DNA of 34,875 nucleotides from a virus (Duplodnaviria; Heunggongvirae; Uroviricota; Caudoviricetes): IMG/VR virus record IMGVR_UViG_2917413769_000004; one strand, 5' to 3'. Shown piece by piece: positions 1 to 7,291 of this stretch (position 1 is its first letter; each line of letters starts with the position of its first letter). The notes under the pieces were generated by a model. It saw only the letters and a program-made list of their open reading frames with translations, ran no database searches and was not told where the DNA came from. The position numbers and the translations under genes were made by a program.

Positions 1-360
1 TCAGCTCACGTTCCATCTCCGCCAGTGCCGACATGACGTGTGAAAGAAGAAGCGCCCCATGGCACTGCTGGTATCAATACTGTCTGTTAAAGAGCGGAAG
101 TGGGCACCGCGTTCATGCAATTCTGATATCAGTGCGATCAGGTTCTTAACGCTGCGCCCCAGCCTGTCCAGTTTCCACACAACCAAGGTGTCTCCGCTAT
201 TAACGCACTTTAAAGCGCGATTCAGACCGGGGCGACTGGCAACTTTTCCGCTCATACGGTCTTCAAAAATGCGGTCACAGTTTGCGCTTGTGAGCGCATT
301 ACGCTGTAAATCGCTGTTCTGGTCGATTGTTGATACGCGGATATAACCAATGATGGCCAT
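1..360 (-). CDS. gin: Serine DNA invertase, Gin/Hin/Pin/Cin family (C-terminal part cut off by window edge)
   Basis: Translation from ATG at 360: MAIIGYIRVSTIDQNSDLQRNALTSANCDRIFEDRMSGK...LVVWKLDRLGRSVKNLIALISELHERGAHFRSLTDSIDTSSAMGRFFFH, the resolvase/invertase catalytic domain; AGGAGG 7 nt upstream on minus strand. The ORF track's 23-residue N-terminal extension has no RBS. Confidence 0.9.
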   Translation of the reverse strand: MAIIGYIRVSTIDQNSDLQRNALTSANCDRIFEDRMSGKVASRPGLNRALKCVNSGDTLVVWKLDRLGRSVKNLIALISELHERGAHFRSLTDSIDTSSAMGRFFFHTSCRHWRRWNVS

Positions 361-427
361 CAATTTTCCTCCTCTATGTCGCGGTGGGAGGATTTTTGCA
401 GATTTCACTATGTGTAACTGCTTTTCC

Positions 428-496
428 AAAAACCTTGGTTTGGGAACAGCGGCAAAACGGGATGTGGGTACGGGGGTAAATCAGATACCGGATATG
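428..496. repeat. Left inverted repeat of the invertible tail-fibre segment (candidate Gin crossover region)
   Basis: 428-496 is the reverse complement of 1908-1976 (aaaaaccttggtttgggaacagcggcaaaacgggatgtgggtacgggggtaaatcagataccggatatg); both copies encode KNLGLGTAAKRDVGTGVNQIPDMS in their ORFs. Confidence 0.8.
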
Positions 497-769
497 TCGA
501 GTTTTCAGTCGGGACTCTACTGGCAAAAACTTCCAGATAAACTTGTTCAGTGGGTTCCCATTCCTCCCCATGATGGTGACCAGGTTATTACCTTGCCTGT
601 TCCTTTCCCCGGGGGAATTTCAGGCTTTGCAGTTGGTGCCGGATATGAACCAACCAGCGGTAGGATTACCACGTTTGCAATAAATGTTGGCACCGGACCG
701 ACATCAACTATTATTTCTCGCGCCAGTGACTCCATTTCTGGTGGTTCATGTATTTTGATAGGTTACTGA
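497..769 (+). CDS. Promoterless alternative tail-fibre C-terminal domain cassette (silent in this orientation)
   Basis: Open frame continues out of the left repeat with a different C-terminal sequence (SFQSGLYWQKLPDKLVQWVPIPPHDGDQ...); no independent start; would fuse to the constant fibre part after inversion. Confidence 0.65.
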   Translation, partial: SSFQSGLYWQKLPDKLVQWVPIPPHDGDQVITLPVPFPGGISGFAVGAGYEPTSGRITTFAINVGTGPTSTIISRASDSISGGSCILIGY

Positions 770-773
770 AAAT

Positions 774-1214
774 ATGAATAAATATCTGTATGACAGTAAA
801 ACAAATGCTTTCTACCCATTTATTCTGAAGGCTGACTATGAACATTCAGACACCTGGCCGGAAAGTGGAGTGGCGGTAGGGGAAGATGTTTTTCTGGAAT
901 TTGTGAGAGTGAATCCAGAGAAAGTCCGGGTTGCCGGAGAAGATGGGATGCCTGTATGGGCAGATGCACCGGAACCGACACCAGAACAAATTATTGACTC
1001 GGCAACCTGCGAAAAACAACGACGCATCGATGATGTCAATGATTATATTAACAACAAGCAGTGGCCTGGCAAGGCTGTCATAGGCCGCCTGAAAGGCGAA
1101 GAACTGGCTCAATACAATTTGTGGCTGGATTATCTGGATGCACTAGGAATAGTCGATACTTCCAGTGCTCCAGATATTGAATGGCCTATGCCTCCGGCTT
1201 CGGCGGAAAGGTAA
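774..1214 (+). CDS. Tail fibre assembly protein, alternative copy (U'-like), silent orientation
   Basis: 146 aa; MNKYLYDSKTNAFYPFILKADYEHSDTWPESGVAV... is parallel to the minus-strand copy (MIMKYRYSGETNSFYPWALFDDYKRANAWPENGVDV...); immediately follows the Sv' cassette. Confidence 0.75.
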   Translation: MNKYLYDSKTNAFYPFILKADYEHSDTWPESGVAVGEDVFLEFVRVNPEKVRVAGEDGMPVWADAPEPTPEQIIDSATCEKQRRIDDVNDYINNKQWPGKAVIGRLKGEELAQYNLWLDYLDALGIVDTSSAPDIEWPMPPASAER

Positions 1215-1617
1215 TACCAGGCGCGGTACTGGTATCGACTTTAGTCAGTTTGTAGCGGTACCGCTGCCATTCAGCCAGACGTGGCACGTCAACATCGTCG
1301 ATGTAGCCTCCTGCCTGAGCATCTGCCAGTGGGGCGATAATCGCCGTTGCCTCCGCCAGTAACGCGGATTTCTGAAATTCCGCAGCGATAATTTGTTCTT
1401 TTTTAGATGGTGGTTGTACATCTATCCATGTTGGTTTCCCATTAACATCCGGGCCGCGAGTTTTGCCTTCTGGCGGTGTGCCGCTATATTCCGTAAAAAT
1501 ATCTTCGTCAACATCAACCCCATTTTCAGGCCATGCATTAGCTCGTTTGTAATCATCAAATAATGCCCAGGGATAAAAGGAATTTGTCTCGCCAGAATAT
1601 CTGTATTTCATTATCAA
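1186..1617 (-). CDS. Tail fibre assembly protein (U-like), expressed orientation
   Basis: 143 aa, paralogous to 774-1214; directly downstream of the expressed fibre gene; 3' ends of the two assembly genes overlap convergently (1186-1214). Confidence 0.8.
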   Translation of the reverse strand: MIMKYRYSGETNSFYPWALFDDYKRANAWPENGVDVDEDIFTEYSGTPPEGKTRGPDVNGKPTWIDVQPPSKKEQIIAAEFQKSALLAEATAIIAPLADAQAGGYIDDVDVPRLAEWQRYRYKLTKVDTSTAPGITFPPKPEA

Positions 1618-2456
1618 TACCCCACAGCTATATATGAGAGGTTGAATCCACCGGCACCACTCATCCAGGCCTGAAAACCTGTCCTGGTTTGTGACCCCAC
1701 GACTATTCCATAAGACATTGTAGTCCCCGGAACTGCGCCACCTGACGTGACGTCAGACCACGTGAGATTGACTACGGCCCCTGACGCAAACGCGATCGGA
1801 AATGTAGTGCTTGAGAGATTTGAACCAATGCCAAATCCCAGCGTTCCCTTTTGAATAATCAGTCCACCTACAGTTTTGACCCAATTAGGCCCATAACCCT
1901 GAAAGCTCATATCCGGTATCTGATTTACCCCCGTACCCACATCCCGTTTTGCCGCTGTTCCCAAACCAAGGTTTTTGACAAAGAGCGCCGGGTCAGGAAT
2001 ATCTGCGCCGTTCTGGTCTTTGGCCAGCTTCTCCGCCAGCTTGTTCAACACCGTGGTCGCAAAGTTCGGATCGTTGCCGAGGGCATCAGCCAGCTCTTTG
2101 AGCGTATCCAGCGTCTCAGGGGCGCTGCCTGCAAGCGCCGCAAGTGCTTTGGCCACGAACTCTGTCGTCGCCAGCTTCTTGCTGTTATCGCTATTTGCAG
2201 GCGTAGGCGCTGTTGGCGTGCCGGTGAATGTCGGACTGGCTTTCGTCGCGTACTGGGTATGCGGGTCAACTGCCGCGATATGTGCAGCCAGGTCTGTTCC
2301 GCTTTTTTCGACCTTTTGTTTGAGGTATGACGTGCGGCTGGCCAGTTGTTTAGCCTGACGGTTAGAAATTCCGTCAGGCCCGCCCAGAACGGGGTCAGAG
2401 ACCTCAATCTGGTAGATTCCGTCTTCCCACTGCGGGGTTTCAGGTAGGTTTGCCAT
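1614..2456 (-). CDS. Tail fibre protein (constant N-terminal part 2456-1977, variable C-terminal part 1907-1614)
   Basis: 280 aa; N-terminus MANLPETPQWEDGIYQIEVSDPVLGGPDGISNRQAKQLASRTSYL is typical of Mu/P2-type fibres; C-terminus lies inside the invertible segment. Confidence 0.8.
   Translation of the reverse strand: MANLPETPQWEDGIYQIEVSDPVLGGPDGISNRQAKQLASRTSYLKQKVEKSGTDLAAHIAAVDPHTQYATKASPTFTGTPTAPTPANSDNSKKLATTEFVAKALAALAGSAPETLDTLKELADALGNDPNFATTVLNKLAEKLAKDQNGADIPDPALFVKNLGLGTAAKRDVGTGVNQIPDMSFQGYGPNWVKTVGGLIIQKGTLGFGIGSNLSSTTFPIAFASGAVVNLTWSDVTSGGAVPGTTMSYGIVVGSQTRTGFQAWMSGAGGFNLSYIAVGY
1908..1976. repeat. Right inverted repeat of the invertible tail-fibre segment
   Basis: Reverse complement of 428-496; lies inside the expressed tail-fibre gene at the constant/variable boundary. 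Confidence 0.8.
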
Positions 2457-2458
2457 AA

Positions 2459-3037
2459 TTAACTGCTCCCGTGGTTATAGCTACCGTCATAGTTGACGGT
2501 GTTGTTGTAGCGAATGGCGACAGACTGATACTCAAGGCTCGCCAGATGGCAGCGGGCCGGAGCAAAGGCAGCGAGCGTCTGGCGTAACAGCGCCGCCTGA
2601 TCGTTAGTAATGGGCTGTTGAAGGATGACGCGATAGACCGCCCAGGCTTCCGCATCGCCATGGACGAAAAGCCCGTTGTAAGTGTGTTTGCCGTCGTAGC
2701 CAATCTGGCCAGTGCCTTCAATCAGATCCACTTCGCCAAAGCCAAAACGGCGGATAATTTCCCGGATTGACCACGGCGTCCCTTTGTAGCGGTGCAGCTC
2801 GATAGCGGATTTGATAAGCATGCGGCGTACATCATCCGATTCCGCCAGCTCCCAGCCATCGCCGAACAGTGAGAACTGCTCGCCCAGCCATGGCAGCGCG
2901 GAACTGTCGACGATATCGACGAGATAGACCATCAGTACGCTCAGGTCGATGTTATCCAGCCGCCCGGCCAGTCTTCCCAGCGTTCTGAGGCTGATATCAC
3001 CCTCAAGCGGCGGCGGCAGTTGCAGCGGTTCAGCCAT
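2459..3037 (-). CDS. Baseplate/tail protein, P2 gpI-like (Mu gp48-like)
   Basis: 192 aa; LLP..LE...LPWLGEQFS...W....KR..I..A...H..KGT pattern as in P2 gpI; sits between J-like and fibre genes. Confidence 0.7.
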   Translation of the reverse strand: MAEPLQLPPPLEGDISLRTLGRLAGRLDNIDLSVLMVYLVDIVDSSALPWLGEQFSLFGDGWELAESDDVRRMLIKSAIELHRYKGTPWSIREIIRRFGFGEVDLIEGTGQIGYDGKHTYNGLFVHGDAEAWAVYRVILQQPITNDQAALLRQTLAAFAPARCHLASLEYQSVAIRYNNTVNYDGSYNHGSS

Positions 3038-4133
3038 CGGACACCCCGGTCATGTTAAGAGTGATCGCCGTACAATTTGCCCATTCGTTTTCTGCCACCA
3101 CCCGCAATGCCGGTGTCACCAGTTCAACCTGGTACACCCCGGAGACGGACAACACGCTGATGATCTGGCTGGGGACAATATCACGCCCCAGCGTGGCGGT
3201 ACGGGATGCCACCCAGTTCTGTATGGCGCTGTTAGCGCTGTCCTTTACCGAGTTCGCATCCTGATCACGGTAGATAGTGATGTTGGCTTCAATGGTGTAA
3301 TCCACCTGAACAGGCGTTTTAGCCCGCACGGTATCAGTAAGTGGCCTGACTTTTTCGTCCGAACAGAAACTCTCTACCAGCGTGAGGATGCTGTCGTCCG
3401 GCAGACCGGTACTGAGCAGCGGATACAGCTCTACAGTGCCGGGAACCGGGGAAAGCACGGCAACATCGACGATGTTGGGATGGGCCTGCATGGCATGAAA
3501 ACGGTATGCCATACGGCTTCCGGCGTTAGTGAATGACTCCGGGGCAAGTTTGATACGCTCGCGGAGCCTGTCATTGTCTTCCTGCTCAGAACCGCCAGAA
3601 CTGGCCGCCAGATTGGTCACCTGCAGATCGACGTTATCAATCTCATCAAGCAACTGACTGACCTGCGCAGGTTGCCAGCCGTTGCCAGCGGCTCCCGGTT
3701 CGGTACAGGTGGCCGTGGCATTGACCAGCAGCAATCCGGCTTTCAGCACTACGTCCGTATCGGTGGCAAAAATAATGCTGTCGGAAGCGCTGACGCGGGT
3801 GCCCGCCGGAATCAGCACATCAATGGCCAGCGCATCATCCACGGAGAACTGGAGCGTGGTGGTGGCAGGCTGCGCGGCAAGACGGTATACACCGACCAGT
3901 TCACCGAGGTAATCAATCATCGGCTCACGGGCAAAGGCGACCAGATTCTGTTTGGCCGCTTCCTGCGTCGCCACCCTGACCAGCATTTCGCGGTATGCCC
4001 ACAGGTCAATCAACAGGCGTTCAGCCTGAGCGGGATACAGCGTTTTGCCGGTTGCAGCTTCGTACTGTGCAATCATTTCAGCCGTGATTTTATCGGCATC
4101 ACGTTCAATAAAATCGGGTTCTGTCAGCGCCAT
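3030..4133 (-). CDS. Baseplate J-like protein (Mu gp47 / P2 gpJ family)
   Basis: 367 aa; position and sequence character; overlaps neighbours by a few nt as expected in an operon. Confidence 0.8.
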   Translation of the reverse strand: MALTEPDFIERDADKITAEMIAQYEAATGKTLYPAQAERLLIDLWAYREMLVRVATQEAAKQNLVAFAREPMIDYLGELVGVYRLAAQPATTTLQFSVDDALAIDVLIPAGTRVSASDSIIFATDTDVVLKAGLLLVNATATCTEPGAAGNGWQPAQVSQLLDEIDNVDLQVTNLAASSGGSEQEDNDRLRERIKLAPESFTNAGSRMAYRFHAMQAHPNIVDVAVLSPVPGTVELYPLLSTGLPDDSILTLVESFCSDEKVRPLTDTVRAKTPVQVDYTIEANITIYRDQDANSVKDSANSAIQNWVASRTATLGRDIVPSQIISVLSVSGVYQVELVTPALRVVAENEWANCTAITLNMTGVSDG

Positions 4134-4471
4134 AGCAACTCCTGAGTCCGGGGCTGTCCGTCAGAGCCTTTCCAGCTCACCCGGAGCGTAAGATGTTCGC
4201 CATCGACGGCGGGTTTAACCGATATAAGCTGGCAGCGAGGCTCCCAGCGGCGGATGGCATCGACGGATTCGCGCACCACATGCGGAATGGCCCGGTCAAT
4301 AGGCCAGTCGATATAAAGGTGCAGATTGCTGCCAAACTCCGGGCGATGCGGGTCGCTGCCGCGAGGAGTACGCAGGATGATTTGAATGGCCTGCCAGATA
4401 TCATCCAGCCCCCGGACGATTTCGCCAGGGGCCTGCAGGGCCGGTTGCCAGAATACGGAGGTTGTTTTCAT
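4124..4471 (-). CDS. Baseplate wedge protein, GPW/gp25-like (Mu gp46-like)
   Basis: 115 aa; size and position match P2 gpW / T4 gp25-like proteins. Confidence 0.75.
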   Translation of the reverse strand: MKTTSVFWQPALQAPGEIVRGLDDIWQAIQIILRTPRGSDPHRPEFGSNLHLYIDWPIDRAIPHVVRESVDAIRRWEPRCQLISVKPAVDGEHLTLRVSWKGSDGQPRTQELLWR

Positions 4472-4502
4472 GGGGGCAGTATTGCCCCTGTGCGGGAACG
4501 CC

Positions 4503-4525
4503 GATATTAAAGGCGTTTAAGAAGG
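4503..4525 (-). promoter_or_regulatory. Candidate late-promoter motif, copy A (minus-strand reading CTTCTTAA-N4-CTTTAATATC)
   Basis: Plus strand gatattaaaggcgtttaagaagg; 20/22 identical to copy at 10319-10340; 32 nt upstream of the W-like start codon. Confidence 0.45.
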
Positions 4526-5038
4526 TTAATGGGAGTGATGATTGGAGTTCGGGCCGTCAGACAGCATGCTGCCTGTAGAGTGGGCATTGCCGTTGATTTC
4601 AAGGTTGCCGTTCACCGTGGTGGTGTCAGCGGTCAAATCAATAGTTTTTCCCTTCAGGCTGATACCTACCGCAACCTCGATTACTACGCGCTCGATACCG
4701 CCTTTGACCGTCAGCGTATGGGTCGCGCGGTTATAGCTGAACTCTGCACCATCCGCGTATTTCGTGCCCCGGACGTTTTTGTCGCTGAACGGCGGTTTAT
4801 CGACTTCTGAGTACACCGCGCCCAGAATGACACCATCCTCGCCGTTGGCATCGAGCAGCACCTCAACCTGCTCCCCCACGTCAGGGAGCCAGTAATCCTT
4901 GTTATCCTGGGTATTGCGCTGCAGCACGTTAAGCCAGTTAGTGCGCAGGTTATCGCATTCCGGCAGACGAACGCGGGCCTGAACCTTGTCGGCATCGACG
5001 GCGCTGACCGTACCGACCTGACGGGTGACACCTGCCAT
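4526..5038 (-). CDS. Baseplate spike/assembly protein V-like (Mu gp45-like)
   Basis: 170 aa; MAGVTRQVGTVSAVDADKVQARVRLPECDNLRTNWLNVLQ... gpV-type N-terminal domain. Confidence 0.8.
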   Translation of the reverse strand: MAGVTRQVGTVSAVDADKVQARVRLPECDNLRTNWLNVLQRNTQDNKDYWLPDVGEQVEVLLDANGEDGVILGAVYSEVDKPPFSDKNVRGTKYADGAEFSYNRATHTLTVKGGIERVVIEVAVGISLKGKTIDLTADTTTVNGNLEINGNAHSTGSMLSDGPNSNHHSH

Positions 5039-6207
5039 TATTTCTTCTCCTTTATTACCGTGGACGTGCTGCCGTCCGGTTTATAGACGGTCAGCGTCTG
5101 GGTTTTGCCGGTCTTTTTACCTTTCTTCGCCTTGCCCTGCGTGACCGGCCCTCGTGCCACTTCCAGCTCGGTGATGTAGCCGCTGTTACGGTCAAACGCA
5201 TGGCGGGCAGTGGTTATCAGCCATGGCCCGGATAACTGACCAAAGCCCACCAGTTCAATTTTGTTGCCTGCAGTCAACTGGGGCGTCCCCATCAGCGTCA
5301 GGGAGCCGTTCTGCTGGTATTCGTTATGTCTGGCCAGCGCCGAATCTGCTTTAATCCGGGCGCTGTCTGGGTCACTGACGCGGCTGTTGACCTTCAGTGA
5401 GTCGGCACTGGTGACTTTTCCGCCTTTGGTTTGTTTGTCGCTTTCGCTGGTACCGCCATCAGCTTCATAAACGATCAGCTTTTTATCGCTGCTCTTCTGG
5501 TGTTTTACCTTCGCGGATTTGTAGACGCGGTTGATGGTGTCACGCAGGGAAAAGCGGGCCACATCCTGCGGCTTTAACTGCCTGACCGGCTCCTGACCGC
5601 GCAGCGTGGCCAGATGAGAAAAAACCAGCTGGTCGCTGACCACTTTCACGGCATAACCATACTCGCTGGCCAGTCGGCGCAGGAAGCCCACGTCCGTTTC
5701 AGCATACTGGGTCACCCGGTCAATTTTAATGGACTCAATACTGCCAACCAGCTTCAGCTGATGCTTTTTGGCAATCCGCCCGGCGATAGCCGCCAGCGTG
5801 GTGCTCTCGAAACCACGACTGGATTTTGTCCGCAGGGCGTTGTTGACCGACGTGGCCACACCCCGGATAGCGACAACGGACGCGGGCGAACTCACCTCGA
5901 TCTCGTCAATAGAGAACGTACCGCAGGACAGCAGCTTCTCGCCCTGATAACCCATTTTCAGTGTCAGCGTGTCACCCTTGCCCGGATACCACTTATCCAG
6001 CCAGCGGCCATCGGTGTCGTCCAGTTCCACCTCAATGGTATCGGACTCGCTTTTGATGTTATCGCTGTAGGTTACGCGGGTGACATAGGGGGCGATATCG
6101 GTGGTGATGTTCTTCTGCAGATACCACAGCGTGAACACCGGACTCAGAACATCGCTGACGCCGGTTGACGCTGATGCGGCCTGTGCAGTGCTGTTTATCT
6201 CAGCCAT
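5038..6207 (-). CDS. Tail protein D-like (late control D / Mu gp44 baseplate hub family)
   Basis: 389 aa; size and position between X/U-like and V-like genes. Confidence 0.75.
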   Translation of the reverse strand: MAEINSTAQAASASTGVSDVLSPVFTLWYLQKNITTDIAPYVTRVTYSDNIKSESDTIEVELDDTDGRWLDKWYPGKGDTLTLKMGYQGEKLLSCGTFSIDEIEVSSPASVVAIRGVATSVNNALRTKSSRGFESTTLAAIAGRIAKKHQLKLVGSIESIKIDRVTQYAETDVGFLRRLASEYGYAVKVVSDQLVFSHLATLRGQEPVRQLKPQDVARFSLRDTINRVYKSAKVKHQKSSDKKLIVYEADGGTSESDKQTKGGKVTSADSLKVNSRVSDPDSARIKADSALARHNEYQQNGSLTLMGTPQLTAGNKIELVGFGQLSGPWLITTARHAFDRNSGYITELEVARGPVTQGKAKKGKKTGKTQTLTVYKPDGSTSTVIKEKK

Positions 6208-6410
6208 GGGGCAATATCCTCTTCTGTGGTGGCTTCTTCAGCCTCGATAACCGGAATCAGTAACAACAGCCCCGAGGGCAGCACCGGCGTGATGGCCACG
6301 TGCGGATTGGCGGCAATTATCCGGGGATAGCCCAGCGGGTCGCCATAGTACTGCCATGCGAGAGAGTCCCAGCGCTCTCCGTCACGGGTGACATGTTCAA
6401 GAAACATCAC
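6195..6410 (-). CDS. Tail protein X-like
   Basis: 71 aa; HVTRDGERWDSLAWQYYGDP matches the P2 gpX-type motif. Confidence 0.65.
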   Translation of the reverse strand: MMFLEHVTRDGERWDSLAWQYYGDPLGYPRIIAANPHVAITPVLPSGLLLLIPVIEAEEATTEEDIAPWLR

Positions 6411-7291
6411 ACACTCCTCGCCAGTATTCTGGCTGCCATGGTGCTTAACCCCGGCGACATACGGGTGAAGGTGGTGCTGGCGGAGTTAAGCTGCCCGGAA
6501 ACGGCATCCAGCGCCGCCGCGATATTGCTGCCGTCGACTCCGCTCAGCGAAGACTGTGCCTGTTGTACATACGTGGCCGCATCACTGGTGGCTCTGGCCA
6601 GACTGATGGCATCAGGCATGGATTCAGAGAGTGCATTAAACGCCGGAACGCTCTTACCTAACGCCCCGGACACGTTGCCCAGTCCGTTCATCAGCCCCGG
6701 CATGCGGGTCAGTGCAACGGCGGGGTTATCCTTCATCTTCTGCGCCACCCGAACGGCACTGATAGTGGTCTGGAGAACAGACTGCGCCTGTTTGGCATAA
6801 TTGACACCGTCGCGAACGTACTGCGCCACCCCGGAAGGTGAAGGAACGGCACCGGAGACCGCCCCGACGCCGGGAACCGTTGTGCGTATCGCAGGAGGCT
6901 GTAGCGGGTTTTTCGGGTCGCCGATGTACTCCCGGAGAGACGCGGTGGCATTGACAGCCAGCACGTTGCCGGTGCTGTCGGTTTGCTCGCTGGTCGCAGT
7001 AACATCGGTAATCACGAACCAGCCGCGATAGTCACCGTTGCCGAAGACCAGCGCCAGCGCCTGATGGGCCTTCATGGCCGTTCGCAGTCTCGCCAGCTCC
7101 ACGTCGGGCACACAATAGTGCTGATGGAAGACCAGGCTTATCTGGATCTCGTCCAGCTTATCGCCAACGAACTGCAGGCCGGGCTTACCCTCGATACGGG
7201 GATGCTCCACATAATCGACGCCGAACGTGACCTCGAAGCCGTCCCAGTAGGTAATCAGTTCAAACTCAATATCACCCAGTACTGCAAACAT
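6407..7291 (-). CDS. gpU-like tail protein / Mu gp43-like DNA circularisation protein
   Basis: 294 aa; N-terminal region (ELARLRTAMKAHQALALVFGNGDYRGWFVITDV) resembles P2 gpU; directly downstream of tape measure. Confidence 0.7.
   Translation of the reverse strand: MFAVLGDIEFELITYWDGFEVTFGVDYVEHPRIEGKPGLQFVGDKLDEIQISLVFHQHYCVPDVELARLRTAMKAHQALALVFGNGDYRGWFVITDVTATSEQTDSTGNVLAVNATASLREYIGDPKNPLQPPAIRTTVPGVGAVSGAVPSPSGVAQYVRDGVNYAKQAQSVLQTTISAVRVAQKMKDNPAVALTRMPGLMNGLGNVSGALGKSVPAFNALSESMPDAISLARATSDAATYVQQAQSSLSGVDGSNIAAALDAVSGQLNSASTTFTRMSPGLSTMAARILARSV

Larger units (their letters stand above)
428..1976. other. Invertible G-segment-like host-range switch (two alternative fibre C-termini plus two assembly genes)
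   Basis: Inverted repeats flank convergent gene pairs: Sv' fragment (+), U' (+), U (-), Sv (-); invertase gene adjacent at 1-360. Confidence 0.8.

Noticed and set aside
350-769. 139-aa plus-strand ORF starting at 350
   Set aside because: Its 5' part runs antisense through the gin promoter/RBS region and the inverted repeat with no RBS; only the part after the repeat (497-769) is meaningful, as a silent fibre cassette expressed after inversion.
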